Positions 50,515-60,728 of a stretch of DNA of 64,000 nucleotides are shown here, piece by piece (the first letter of the stretch is position 1; the number at the start of each line of letters is the position of its first letter). Origin of the DNA: Clostridia bacterium (GTDB taxonomy: Bacteria > Bacillota > Clostridia > Christensenellales > Borkfalkiaceae). The stretch lies in NCBI GenBank assembly GCA_017397305.1, contig JAFQJB010000020.1, forward strand, positions 832 to 64,831, in the 5' to 3' direction. The position numbers and the translations under genes are program-made. A model generated the notes under the pieces. The model made no database searches. It was not told the DNA's origin and saw only the letters and a list, made by a program, of their open reading frames with translations.

Positions 50515-52125
50515 TTAAACGTTGGGTTGCTTTGTATAGTTCGGCAACAATTGAGGTGACAACTTAGTTGCGTTAATACCAGCATCCTTTAATTCCTTAT
50601 CGAATGCTTTAACGTGGTCTAAGGTGAGTTCTTTAACCTCAACGTCTTTATAAATCTTACCTACGCTCTTACCTGCGTTTCTACCGAATACGATAATGTC
50701 GAGGAGAGAGTTACCCATAAGTCTATTTCTGCCGTGGATTCCCCCTACTGCCTCACCTGCAACGAAGAGGTTGGGAACGGTAGTGGTCATGCCGTCAGCC
50801 GAGATATCAAGTCCACCGTTTTGATAGTGGAGTGTGGGATAGATAAGAATGGGGTCTTTTCTAATATCGATGCCGTATTTACCGAACATGCGGAGCATTG
50901 CGGGAATACGTTTTTCGATAGTGCCTTCACCGTGAATAATATCAATCATCGGGGTGTCAAGCCATACGCCTTCACCATCGGTGGTCTTGATACCGTTGTT
51001 GCGTTTTTTGCATTCTCTAATGATAGAAGATGCGGTCACGTCACGGGTTTCAAGCGAGTAAACGAATGCTTCGCCGTCTTTATTTACGAGTTGTGCGCCG
51101 AGTGAACGAACTTTTTCGGTAACGAGTGCACCGAAGATTTGAGTGGGTTCAGCAACGCCAGTGGGGTGATATTGAAGGGTGTCAGCATAAAGGAGTTTTG
51201 CACCTGCTCTATAACCTAATACCAAGCCGTCAGCCGTTGCGCCGTAGTGGTTAGAGGTTGGGAAACCTTGATAGTGAAGTCTACCTGCACCACCAGTTGC
51301 AATGATAACGGTTTTTGCCTTTGCAACGTAAATGTCTTTGGTTTCCATATTGAGAAGAACTGCACCAGCCGCCTTGCCTTCTGTATCCTTAATAATTTCG
51401 ATAGCAGCGGTAAAGTCAACAACGGGGATTTGGCGGTTCAACACTTCGTCACGAAGGGTTCTCATAATTTCCGCACCCGAATAGTCCTTACAAGCGTGCA
51501 TACGTTTTCTACTAGTACCGCCACCGTGGGTGGTAATCATAGTGCCGTCTGCTTCCTTATCGAACATAACGCCGAGTTCGTTGAGCCATTTGATAGCATC
51601 GGGAGCATCGTTAACGAGCTTATATAAAAGTTCGTGCTTTGCAGCAAAGTGACCGCCACCGAAAGCGTCTAGATAGTGAATAGCGGGGCTATCGTTGGGT
51701 TTATCAGCCGCTTGAATTCCGCCCTCTGCCATCATGGTGTTTGCATCACCGATACGGAGTTTGGTTACCATCATAACGTTTGCGCCAGCATTGTGCGCTT
51801 CGATAGCAGCAGAAGAACCTGCACCACCGCCACCGATAACCAAAACGTCTACGTCGTAGTCGGGTTTAGAGAGGTCGATATCTAAATCGAGCACTCTTGA
51901 TTTACCTTGCAAAAGGTCAGCAAGTTCGTGCAATACTTTTCCGCCCTTGTTGGGACCAACTTTCAATTCTTCATAAGCAGAAGTTATGTAGTCGGGGTGG
52001 TTTTCTTGCAAAACCGTTTGCTTTTCGTCCGCAGTCATTCTTGCGAACAAGTTTTGAAGTCTTTGTTCTCTGGTCGCTTCGACCTTCTTCATTGAATCTA
52101 ATTGTTCTTGTGTATACTTATACAT
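50515..52125 (-). CDS. soluble fumarate reductase / succinate dehydrogenase-family flavoprotein (FrdA/TfrA-like, non-covalent FAD type)
   Basis: VLVIGGGGAGSSAA; ANTMMAEGG (Asn where FrdA has the FAD-linking His); LQYHPTG; TEKVRSLGAQLVNKDGE; HYQNGG; AGEAVGGIHGRNRLMGNSL. Confidence 0.8.
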   Translation of the reverse strand: MYKYTQEQLDSMKKVEATREQRLQNLFARMTADEKQTVLQENHPDYITSAYEELKVGPNKGGKVLHELADLLQGKSRVLDLDIDLSKPDYDVDVLVIGGGGAGSSAAIEAHNAGANVMMVTKLRIGDANTMMAEGGIQAADKPNDSPAIHYLDAFGGGHFAAKHELLYKLVNDAPDAIKWLNELGVMFDKEADGTMITTHGGGTSRKRMHACKDYSGAEIMRTLRDEVLNRQIPVVDFTAAIEIIKDTEGKAAGAVLLNMETKDIYVAKAKTVIIATGGAGRLHYQGFPTSNHYGATADGLVLGYRAGAKLLYADTLQYHPTGVAEPTQIFGALVTEKVRSLGAQLVNKDGEAFVYSLETRDVTASSIIRECKKRNNGIKTTDGEGVWLDTPMIDIIHGEGTIEKRIPAMLRMFGKYGIDIRKDPILIYPTLHYQNGGLDISADGMTTTVPNLFVAGEAVGGIHGRNRLMGNSLLDIIVFGRNAGKSVGKIYKDVEVKELTLDHVKAFDKELKDAGINATKLSPQLLPNYTKQPNV

Positions 52126-52136
52126 AACTCTTCCCC

Positions 52137-52811
52137 CTATTTCTCGATTTCTCTATTGTTATAGAGTTCTTTGAGTTCTTCGATAGGCTTATTCATAAGC
52201 GTTTCGATAAGTTCTACGTACTTGCCGTCTTCGATTTCTTTTACCCTATCGATAAGATGTTGAGTTTCAGGAGCCATATACTTGCCGTAAAGTCTTCTTG
52301 CAAGTTCAGCAACTTGGGGATGAGAAATACCAGCGGGACATCTTGAAGAGCAAACGCCACACATTACGCAGTCAAAAGATTCTTCCGCGCAGTTAGCATA
52401 GTCACCGCGTTGTGCGTATGCAATGTATTGCATAACGTTAAGTCCTTGCGTACAAGCCTTAGTACAAGCATTGCAACCTACGCACGCATAGATTTCGGGG
52501 TAAAGTTGCATCATGATTTGTTCGGTCGGCTTAATCTTTTCAATATCGTAAACTGATTTTACGAGGGGGAAGAAAGGAAGCGTTGCAACGTACATATCGT
52601 TTTCAACCTTTTGTTGACAAGCGAGGCACGCGTGCAATTCCCTATCGCCTTTGATACGGTAAATAGTTGAACATGCACCGCAGAAACCGTTTCTGCATCC
52701 GCAACCGCGAACGAGTTGGTATCCGGCATATTCCATTGCCTTCATAATAGTTAAACTTTCGGGCACTTGATATTTCTTACCGAAAAAATAAACGTTAACT
52801 AAATTTTCCAT
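52137..52811 (-). CDS. FrdB/SdhB-like iron-sulfur subunit
   Basis: N-terminal 2Fe-2S CGCRNGFCGACS..C, then CVGCNACTKAC and CVMCGVCSSRCP. Confidence 0.75.
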   Translation of the reverse strand: MENLVNVYFFGKKYQVPESLTIMKAMEYAGYQLVRGCGCRNGFCGACSTIYRIKGDRELHACLACQQKVENDMYVATLPFFPLVKSVYDIEKIKPTEQIMMQLYPEIYACVGCNACTKACTQGLNVMQYIAYAQRGDYANCAEESFDCVMCGVCSSRCPAGISHPQVAELARRLYGKYMAPETQHLIDRVKEIEDGKYVELIETLMNKPIEELKELYNNREIEK

Positions 52812-52825
52812 TTGTTTTCTCCTTA

Positions 52826-53653
52826 TTAATACTCGTTCGGCAATTCGTCGAGTTCGTCGAAACGGAATACCGGACCGTCTTTACATACATATTTTGAACC
52901 TACGTTACATCTTCCGCATTTACCAACACCGCACTTCATACGAAGCTCTAACGTCGTGTAAACTTGGGTCTTTTCAAAGCCTAGTGACCTAAGCCCTTCC
53001 AAAGTAAACTTAATCATAATAGGCGGACCGCAAAGAACTGCAATCTTATTGGTATCAAAGCCAAGTTCTTTAACGTAGTTAGGAACAAAACCAACGTGTC
53101 CGTCCCAACCTTCTTGTTCGCGGTCGATAGTTAAGTGAACGTTTACACCACTATCGGTCGCCCATTCGTTTATAATTTCTTGATAGTCAAGTAGGTCGTC
53201 TTTACTTCTTGAACCGTAAACGATATCGATTTTGCCGTATCTATCACGATAATGTCTGCAATAGTTAATTACAGAGCGGAGCGGTGCTAGACCAACGCCA
53301 CCTGCAACGAACAAAAGGTCTTTACCTGCAAACACGTCGTCAACGGGGAACGGATTGCCGTAAGGTCCGCGAACGGTAACGTTTTGACCGGGTTCAGCCG
53401 CGTGAAGCCAAGTGGTTACGCAACCGCATTTCTTAATAGAAAATTCCATATACTCGGTATTTGTGGGAGAGGACGTTATTGAAAACATCGCTTCGCCTAT
53501 ACCAGGGATAGAAAGCATTGCGCATTGACCGGGGCGGTGTTCAAAAAGTTTCTTACCTTCGGGTGAAACAACCCTAAAGGTTTTAATATCGGGGGTGTCT
53601 TGTCTAATCTCGGTTATAACGCCGAGTTTTGGGATTAAAGTTTCATTAATCAT
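52826..53653 (-). CDS. FAD/NAD(P)H-binding oxidoreductase with C-terminal 2Fe-2S (FlxA / AsrB / HydG-like)
   Basis: RPGQCAML, FVAGGVGLAP, and C-terminal CGVGKCGRCNVG. Confidence 0.75.
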   Translation of the reverse strand: MINETLIPKLGVITEIRQDTPDIKTFRVVSPEGKKLFEHRPGQCAMLSIPGIGEAMFSITSSPTNTEYMEFSIKKCGCVTTWLHAAEPGQNVTVRGPYGNPFPVDDVFAGKDLLFVAGGVGLAPLRSVINYCRHYRDRYGKIDIVYGSRSKDDLLDYQEIINEWATDSGVNVHLTIDREQEGWDGHVGFVPNYVKELGFDTNKIAVLCGPPIMIKFTLEGLRSLGFEKTQVYTTLELRMKCGVGKCGRCNVGSKYVCKDGPVFRFDELDELPNEY

Positions 53654-54671
53654 TTTCCTTACCTCCGAGAGTTTTCATAACCTTAACGATATTCATTGAT
53701 ATCGGGCACTTTGTAAGACAACGTCCGCAACCTACACAGCTGAACATTCCGTCGTTATTGTCGGGATAGTACACGAGTTTGTGCATAAATCTTTGACGGA
53801 AACGTTCCTTTTGCGATGCTCTTGAGTTGCCGTGAGCCATCAACGTGAAATCGCTATACATACAAGAGTCCCAACATCTAAAACGTTGAACACCCTCGTT
53901 TGTCTTAAAATCTTTAATGTCGTAGCATTGACAAGTCGGGCAAACGAAAGTACAAGTTCCACAACCTAAGCAGTGTGAAGAAAGCTCGTCCCACGCGGGT
54001 GAATCAAAGTATTCTTTGGTCTTGCCTGCGCCAAACTTTTCAGTAGTAACGTTACTTAGGGGAAGTTTTTCCATGATAGCGGAAATTTGTTTCTTTTGTT
54101 CTTCAACTGCCTTTCCGTCACAATCTTCAGTTATAGATGAGATTGCACTTAAAAGCTTTTCGCCCTTTTCGGTGTTTGCAAGAAGATATAAGTCAGTTTC
54201 GGTCTTCCACGCGGTTATATCGCCAGCGGGGTTTGCCGCATCGATACCGAAGGTCTTACAAAAACAAGTTTCGCTAGGTCTTCCGCAAGCGAGGGAAACG
54301 ATAACGCCCTTTTCCCTTCTAGATGCGTAATAACTATCAACGGGTTCGGAGAGGAACACTCTATCAAGAATTTCAAAACTCTTTACGTCGCACGCACGAA
54401 CGCCGAATACAACGAAGTCTTCTTTTTCTTGTCTATTGTCGATAATTTCGATATTCTTTCCTTCGGTCTTGAACTCCATAAGAGTTTCCATTTGAGGAAA
54501 GAAGAAATCTTTTGCACTTCTAACGGTGTTGAGCGCGTCGCTCATCTTAACACCTTCTTGCCAAAGTTTAAATGACGCACCGCCTTTGCCGTCAACGGGA
54601 ATATATAGTTTTGCGTTTTCCGCAATCAATGCAAACGCTTTATCTAAATTTGAAAGAGAAATTTTACGCAT
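53646..54671 (-). CDS. 4Fe-4S protein (FlxB / AsrA / HydB-like)
   Basis: CLGCGTCTFVCPTCQCYD and CVGCGRCLTKCP. Confidence 0.7.
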   Translation of the reverse strand: MRKISLSNLDKAFALIAENAKLYIPVDGKGGASFKLWQEGVKMSDALNTVRSAKDFFFPQMETLMEFKTEGKNIEIIDNRQEKEDFVVFGVRACDVKSFEILDRVFLSEPVDSYYASRREKGVIVSLACGRPSETCFCKTFGIDAANPAGDITAWKTETDLYLLANTEKGEKLLSAISSITEDCDGKAVEEQKKQISAIMEKLPLSNVTTEKFGAGKTKEYFDSPAWDELSSHCLGCGTCTFVCPTCQCYDIKDFKTNEGVQRFRCWDSCMYSDFTLMAHGNSRASQKERFRQRFMHKLVYYPDNNDGMFSCVGCGRCLTKCPISMNIVKVMKTLGGKEND

Positions 54672-55660
54672 TATTTATCCCCCTTATTAACTGCTTCGCT
54701 CGGTTCCAAGTCTTCCTTGGTGTAGTTAACGAGCGGTGCTCTGTTGCCAACTTCTTCACCAGCTTGGTAATCGCCGTAGAATCCGTTGATATCTTTAATG
54801 AATTTTCTATTGAGCAAGTGGAGCGGAATTTGTTGTGGGCACACCCTTGAACATTCACCGCAGTCGGTACAACGTCCTGCAACGTGGAATGCACGGATAA
54901 TGTGGAACATTTGCTCTTCAAAGCTGTTTGCAGCAGCTTTATTTTGAACGCCTGAGTTGGGGTTGTCGAACACGCACTTTTCACAAGTACATGCGGGGCA
55001 AACGTCACGGCAAGCGTTACAACGGATACAACGTGATAATTCGTTTTGCCAGAAAGCAAATCTTTCATCCGCCGTCATCTTTTCAAGCTCGTCAACTTGG
55101 TCGAAGCGATTTGAAGAAATAACTTCGCCGTCTTCACCGATAAGTTCGTCGTAAGCAACGTGCTTTTTGCTCTTACAGTTACGGCAACGTTCTGCCAAAA
55201 CTTCGGCTTTAGCGATTTCTTTAACGCCGTCGTAAAGGGTTTCAACCTTTAAGGTATCGGTAGTTGCGTCAACCGACACTATTCCGTCACCAAAAGCGTT
55301 CTTAATTTTTTTGATATCAACCATGCCGTCACAAGCAATGCCAACGACGTAAACTTTTTCACGGTCAAAGCGGTGCTCGGTTAAGAGTTGGTTAAAACTA
55401 TAAGTGTCGCAAGGCTTTAAGAACACAAGTGTTTTGCCTTCGCCCTTTTTAGTTTCTTTAATTAGGTATTTTGAGAAGTTTGCGCCCGAAAAATCGTCGA
55501 ACACAAAATCTTTCTTCATACTTTCAATATCGGTGAAAACCGCGGGTGTTTGGTCGTAAGAAAATTCACCTTTCTTTAGACCGAGAACTTTTGAAACAGT
55601 GCCGTTACTAAGAAGTTCTTCTGCTTTTGCGATAAGCACTTCACGAGTTATTTTTTGCAT
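54671..55660 (-). CDS. 4Fe-4S protein (FlxC-like)
   Basis: CIRCNACRDVCPACTC and CTDCGECSRVCP. Its stop overlaps the next start (TAATG). Confidence 0.6.
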   Translation of the reverse strand: MQKITREVLIAKAEELLSNGTVSKVLGLKKGEFSYDQTPAVFTDIESMKKDFVFDDFSGANFSKYLIKETKKGEGKTLVFLKPCDTYSFNQLLTEHRFDREKVYVVGIACDGMVDIKKIKNAFGDGIVSVDATTDTLKVETLYDGVKEIAKAEVLAERCRNCKSKKHVAYDELIGEDGEVISSNRFDQVDELEKMTADERFAFWQNELSRCIRCNACRDVCPACTCEKCVFDNPNSGVQNKAAANSFEEQMFHIIRAFHVAGRCTDCGECSRVCPQQIPLHLLNRKFIKDINGFYGDYQAGEEVGNRAPLVNYTKEDLEPSEAVNKGDK

Positions 55661-56082
55661 CTTAAGTCCTCCAATCTCTTATTTTCACCAAGAGCGGTTA
55701 CCGTTTTAACAAAGTCGTTCATGGTCGCTGCGAACTTTGCACCTTCAGCAGCCGATACCCACTCTACTCTAGTACGTTCTTTTTCGATACCCAAATAGTC
55801 GAGCATTGAAAAAAGTAGTGCCATTCTACGTCTTGTGTAATAGTTACCCGAAGTGTAGTGGCAGTCCCCTGGGTGACAACCGCAAAGGATAACCCCGTCC
55901 GCACCGCGTTGGAATGCGCGGAGAATGAACATCGGGTTAACACGGCAAGAACAAGGAACACGGATAACCTTTACTTCAGCGGGATACGCCAAACGGTTGC
56001 TACCTGCAAGGTCAGCACCCGCATACGAACACCAGTTACAACAAAAAGCTACGATTTTGGGTTTATATTCGTTTACTTGCAT
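55648..56082 (-). CDS. MvhD/FlxD-like protein (methyl-viologen-reducing hydrogenase delta subunit family)
   Basis: IVAFCCNWCSYAGADLAG...VIRVPCSCRV...CGCHPGDCHY. Confidence 0.85.
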   Translation of the reverse strand: MQVNEYKPKIVAFCCNWCSYAGADLAGSNRLAYPAEVKVIRVPCSCRVNPMFILRAFQRGADGVILCGCHPGDCHYTSGNYYTRRRMALLFSMLDYLGIEKERTRVEWVSAAEGAKFAATMNDFVKTVTALGENKRLEDLRCKK

Positions 56083-58067
56083 ATTGCGTCTACCTCCGCC
56101 ATAATTTGTTTGTTTGCAAATCCTTTAAGGTCCATAGCGCCTGACGGACAAGCAACCGTACAGCAACCGCATCCTTGACATATTGCTTCGTTAACTTGTG
56201 CTACGCGACGAATAAGCGTAGTTCTATTCGGCCCACGGAATTCTTTATCAGCATAAGTGATTGCGCCGTAAGGACAAACCTTTTCACAAGAAGAACAACC
56301 GTTACACATCAATTCGTCGGACTGTGCAACGCAGGGGTTACCAGTAAGCTTATCTTTAGCAAGAAGGCCAATAACCTTTGCTGCCGCTGCACCCGCTTGA
56401 GATACCGTTTCAGGAATATCTTTAGGTCCTTGGCAAGCACCAGAGAGGAATATACCTGCCGTGGGGCTTTCTACCGGACGAAGTTTGGGGTGCGCTTCGG
56501 TAAAGAAGTCGTTTGTGTCCATACTTGCGGTGAGCATTGTTGCGAGCGGTCTTGCCGATTTATCAGGCTCGATTGCAGCCGCCAAAACAACTAGGTCTGC
56601 TTCTATCTTTAATTGTTTATTTGCGATAAGGTCGGAACCTTGAACGATAAGTTTGTTACCTTCGGGTGAAACCTTACCAACCATACCTTTAATATAATGT
56701 ACGCCGTATTCTTCAGCCGCTCTACGATAGAACTCGTCAAATTGTTTACCGGGTGTTCTAACGTCGATATAGAAAACGGTTACGTCGGTATCGGGATATT
56801 TATCTCTCGTTAGCATTGCGTGTTTTGCGGTATACATACAGCAAATCTTCGAGCAATACTCTTTACCTTTTTCTGCACATGACGCGCAACGCGAACCAAC
56901 GCATTGAACGAACACGATTTTGTGGGGGTGTACGCCGTCTGACGGACGGAGAAGTTTACCAGCGGTAGGACCAGCCGCGTTCATCAAACGTTCAAATTCT
57001 AACGAAGTGATAACGTCTTTGCTTTGGCTGTATGCAAATTCGTCAAACTTGTCCATACTGATAGGATTAAATCCTGTTGCAGCAACGATTGCGCCGTACT
57101 TTTCTTCAACGAATTCGTCCTTTTGGGTATAGTCGATTGCCTTTGCCGTACAAACTTTTGCACAAACACCGCACTTGCCGTTCTTTAACATATTGCAGTA
57201 ATCCGCGTCGATTGTTGCAATCTTAGGAACTGCTTGAGCGAACGGAATATAGATTGCACGTTTATTATCCATTCCCAAGTTAAAGTCGTTAGGAACTTTT
57301 TTCATCGGGCACTTTTCGGTACAAAGTCCGCAACCCGTACAAACGTCTTCCTTTACGTAACGTGCTTTCTTTCTAATCTTAACGTCGAAGTTACCTACAA
57401 AGCCTTTAACTTCTTCAACTTCGCTGTAAGAGAAAATTCTAATTTTTTCGTGTTGAGCAACGTCAACCATCTTAGGCGTCAAAATACAAGCCGCACAGTC
57501 AAGCGTCGGGAAGGTTTTATCAAGTTGAGCCATTTTACCACCGATGGTGGGCTTTTTCTCAACGATATCAACTTCAAAGCCTGCATCTGCAATGTCGAGC
57601 GCCGTTTGAATACCAGCAATACCGCCACCGATAACGAGTGCACGTTTGGTAACGGGACTCTCACCCGGTTTTAGCGGTGCGTTGAGGTTAACCTTTGCAA
57701 TAGCCGTTCTACCTAAAACGATAGCCTTTTCGGTACCCTCTTGCATATCTTTATGTATCCAAGAACATTGTTCACGAATGTTTGCAATTTCCACCATATA
57801 GGGATTGAGTCCGGCTGCGGCAGCAGTCTTTCTAAAGGTGGCTTCGTGCATTCTCGGTGAACAAGAACATACTACGATACCAGTGAGGTTGTGTTCTTTA
57901 ATAGCGTCTTTTATTAGTTGTTGACCCGCTTGTGAACACATATATTGATAGTTGGCGGAATGAACAACACCCGGTTCGCTCTTCAATGCTTCAGCAACCT
58001 TAACAACGTCAACAGTGCCCGCGATGTTACTTCCGCACCAACATACGAATACTCCTATTCTCTGCAT
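56073..58067 (-). CDS. hdrA: heterodisulfide reductase subunit A-like flavoprotein
   Basis: 664 aa. N-terminal Cys motif VFVCWCG, FAD motif VIGGGIAGIQ, and several CxxCxxCxxxCP ferredoxin motifs. Confidence 0.85.
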   Translation of the reverse strand: MQRIGVFVCWCGSNIAGTVDVVKVAEALKSEPGVVHSANYQYMCSQAGQQLIKDAIKEHNLTGIVVCSCSPRMHEATFRKTAAAAGLNPYMVEIANIREQCSWIHKDMQEGTEKAIVLGRTAIAKVNLNAPLKPGESPVTKRALVIGGGIAGIQTALDIADAGFEVDIVEKKPTIGGKMAQLDKTFPTLDCAACILTPKMVDVAQHEKIRIFSYSEVEEVKGFVGNFDVKIRKKARYVKEDVCTGCGLCTEKCPMKKVPNDFNLGMDNKRAIYIPFAQAVPKIATIDADYCNMLKNGKCGVCAKVCTAKAIDYTQKDEFVEEKYGAIVAATGFNPISMDKFDEFAYSQSKDVITSLEFERLMNAAGPTAGKLLRPSDGVHPHKIVFVQCVGSRCASCAEKGKEYCSKICCMYTAKHAMLTRDKYPDTDVTVFYIDVRTPGKQFDEFYRRAAEEYGVHYIKGMVGKVSPEGNKLIVQGSDLIANKQLKIEADLVVLAAAIEPDKSARPLATMLTASMDTNDFFTEAHPKLRPVESPTAGIFLSGACQGPKDIPETVSQAGAAAAKVIGLLAKDKLTGNPCVAQSDELMCNGCSSCEKVCPYGAITYADKEFRGPNRTTLIRRVAQVNEAICQGCGCCTVACPSGAMDLKGFANKQIMAEVDAICK

Positions 58068-58081
58068 TTGTACTCTCCTTT

Positions 58082-58471
58082 TTACTTAGTGTATTTCCTA
58101 AACGCACTTACGATTGCTTGTTGGGGCAAATCTTCGTCCAAAAGTTCAGGAATATCGTCTGGCTTTAAGTGATTGTTGCCTTGCTGTCTAACAACCATAA
58201 GGCGAACTGCTTCAACGAGTTTAGCAGGTTCAACTCCCCTCGGGCATCTGTCGATACAAGCAAAGCAAGAAAGACAACGATAGATTGATTTTGATTTTAG
58301 TAGCGGTTCGATATCACCCGTTTCAACCATATACACGAATTGATGGGGATGATATTCCATTTCGTCATACGCAGGGCAAGTTCCAGAACATTTTCCGCAT
58401 TTCATGCACTTTCTAGGGTTAACCTTGCTTATGCGAACGATTTCATCACATACGTTTTTGGAATTTTCCAT
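58082..58471 (-). CDS. hdrC: heterodisulfide reductase subunit C-like
   Basis: CMKCGKCSGTCP and CLSCFACIDRCP. Confidence 0.8.
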   Translation of the reverse strand: MENSKNVCDEIVRISKVNPRKCMKCGKCSGTCPAYDEMEYHPHQFVYMVETGDIEPLLKSKSIYRCLSCFACIDRCPRGVEPAKLVEAVRLMVVRQQGNNHLKPDDIPELLDEDLPQQAIVSAFRKYTK

Positions 58472-58475
58472 TGTT

Positions 58476-59252
58476 CTACTCCTTTATCCCAAACGCTTCT
58501 GCAAGCAATTCGGTGATGTATACTACCGGCAAATCACTGCCGTTCTTTTCTAAGTTGTACTTACAAAGCGGACAAGCGGTTACGATAACTTCTGCGCCGT
58601 TGAGTTTTGCGTTGTCAGAAACCCTCTTACTCTTTGCCTTTGCAAGTTCCTTGCTCTCTAAGGTGATATATCCACCGCAACATTCGTTACGGAAAGCGTA
58701 ACTTACGGGCTCACCGCCGATTGCACGGATTAAATCTTCCATAATGGTGGGGTTTTCCACGTCGTCCATAGCCATAACTTTACCAGGACGGAGAAGAAGA
58801 CAACCATAATAGGGAGCAATCTTTTTGCCTGCGAGAGAGTTAACAACCTTTTCCTTAACCTTTTCGTAACCGATTTTGTCACGAAGAAGTTCTAAGTAAT
58901 GGATAACTTCGGTCTCGCCATTATACTTATCTGGTGCAATGTATTGGTTTACACGGAAATTAAAGCCGTCATCCGTTTGCATTGCATTGTTGGTTTGTTT
59001 TAACACGTTGTGACAAGCCGAACATACCGAAACTAGCGGTTGACCTTTGTCGTTTGCGTGTTTTAACGCGCGCACTGAAGAAAGTTTTGTAGCAATCTCG
59101 TCGTTAGCGGTTGTAAACACACCGCCACAGCATTGCCAATTATCAATTTCTTCAAGCGTAACGCCAAGCACTTCCGCACACTTTCTAGCATACTCGTCAA
59201 GCACTTTAGCTTTAGTCTTTAACGTACAGCCGGGAAAATAACTTACTTTCAT
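58476..59252 (-). CDS. hdrB: heterodisulfide reductase subunit B-like (two CCG domains)
   Basis: YFPGCTL, QCCGG, YYGCLL, ECCGG and CPLC. Confidence 0.85.
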   Translation of the reverse strand: MKVSYFPGCTLKTKAKVLDEYARKCAEVLGVTLEEIDNWQCCGGVFTTANDEIATKLSSVRALKHANDKGQPLVSVCSACHNVLKQTNNAMQTDDGFNFRVNQYIAPDKYNGETEVIHYLELLRDKIGYEKVKEKVVNSLAGKKIAPYYGCLLLRPGKVMAMDDVENPTIMEDLIRAIGGEPVSYAFRNECCGGYITLESKELAKAKSKRVSDNAKLNGAEVIVTACPLCKYNLEKNGSDLPVVYITELLAEAFGIKE

Positions 59253-59268
59253 TTATCTGTCGCTCCTT

Positions 59269-60645
59269 TTATACCATTTGTTCGGGATGGAACACCTCGT
59301 CAAATCTTTCTTCTGTCAAGAAGCCAAGCTGAACGCAAGCTTCTTTTAGTGAAATGTTGTCTTTATATGCTTTCTTTGCAGTCTTTGCTGCATTTTCATA
59401 TCCAATGTAGGGGTTCAATGCGGTAACGAGCATGAGTGAGTTTTGAAGGTTGTGGTCCATCTTTTCACGATTTGCCTTAATACCTACCGCACAGTTGTTG
59501 TTGAACGAAACGATTGCTTCTGCCAAAAGTCTTGCCGATTGCAAGAAGTTATAAATACATACGGGCATGAATACGTTTAATTCAAAGTTACCTTGTGATG
59601 CTGCCATGCTAACCGCAACGTCGTTACCCATAACTTGAACGGCAACCATTGTAACCGCTTCGCATTGAGTGGGGTTAACTTTACCTGGCATGATTGAAGA
59701 GCCGGGTTCGTTTTCGGGAATGAAGATTTCACCAAGACCGTCTCTAGGTCCACTTGCAAGCCAACGTACGTCGTTTGCAATCTTCATCATGTCGCAAGCG
59801 AGTGCTTTAATCGCGCCGTGTGCGAACACCAATTCGTCTTTACTGGTAAGTGCGTGAAATTTGTTGCCAGCGGTAACAAACTTTTTGCCGGTGATTTCAG
59901 AAACCTTTTCAGCAACCAAGGTATCAAAACCTTTAGGTGCGTTAAGTCCAGTACCTACTGCCGTACCGCCAAGAGCGAGTTCAGCGAGCGGTTTAAGGGA
60001 AAGTTTAAGAAGTTCAACGTCGCGTTCCAAACTCGTTCTCCAACCGCTGATTTCTTGACCGAACTTAATCGGGGTTGCGTCTTGAAGGTGGGTTCTTCCG
60101 CACTTAACGATTTCGCCTTCTTCCTTTTCTAAACGCTTAAACGTTGAGATAAGAAGTTCAACCGCGGGGATAAGTTTATCTTCAAGTGCGGTTACTGCAG
60201 AAATGTGCATTGCAGTGGGGAAAGTATCGTTTGAAGATTGGCTCATATTGATATCGTCGTTGGGGTGCAAAATCTTTTCGCCCGCAATTTCGTTACCGCG
60301 GTTTGCAATAACTTCGTTTGCGTTCATGTTAGATTGAGTGCCAGAGCCAGTTTGCCATACAACGAGTGGGAAGTGGTCGTTTAGAGAACCGCTGATAACT
60401 TCGTCGCAAGCCGTTACGATTGCTTGAAGTTTTTTATCGGTCATCTTTTCAGGACGAAGCTCGTGGTTTGCAAGAGCAGCCGCCTTTTTGAGAACACCGA
60501 ATGCTTTGGTTATTTCGCGTGGCATAATTTCAATACCTTCGCCAATCTTAAAGTTCTCGTGACTTCTTTGAGTTTGCGCTGCCCAATATCTATCGGCAGG
60601 AACTTTTACCTCACCCATTGAGTCGTGTTCAATACGATAATCCAT
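59269..60645 (-). CDS. fumC: class II fumarate hydratase
   Basis: GSSIMPGKVNPTQCE signature. Start set at MDYRIEHDSMGEV (RBS AAGGAGA). Confidence 0.9.
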   Translation of the reverse strand: MDYRIEHDSMGEVKVPADRYWAAQTQRSHENFKIGEGIEIMPREITKAFGVLKKAAALANHELRPEKMTDKKLQAIVTACDEVISGSLNDHFPLVVWQTGSGTQSNMNANEVIANRGNEIAGEKILHPNDDINMSQSSNDTFPTAMHISAVTALEDKLIPAVELLISTFKRLEKEEGEIVKCGRTHLQDATPIKFGQEISGWRTSLERDVELLKLSLKPLAELALGGTAVGTGLNAPKGFDTLVAEKVSEITGKKFVTAGNKFHALTSKDELVFAHGAIKALACDMMKIANDVRWLASGPRDGLGEIFIPENEPGSSIMPGKVNPTQCEAVTMVAVQVMGNDVAVSMAASQGNFELNVFMPVCIYNFLQSARLLAEAIVSFNNNCAVGIKANREKMDHNLQNSLMLVTALNPYIGYENAAKTAKKAYKDNISLKEACVQLGFLTEERFDEVFHPEQMV

Positions 60646-60728
60646 AATCAATCTCCTTTTTAGGTTTTCGCCAGTAAAATCAAGGCTAAAAAACCGTATA
60701 AATCGTCATTATAAATTCTTTTTGCTTA

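Noticed and set aside
56073-58067. Selenocysteine or recoding in hdrA or neighbouring redox genes
   Set aside because: All ten ORFs of the operon are uninterrupted. No in-frame TGA followed by a SECIS-like hairpin is needed to explain them.
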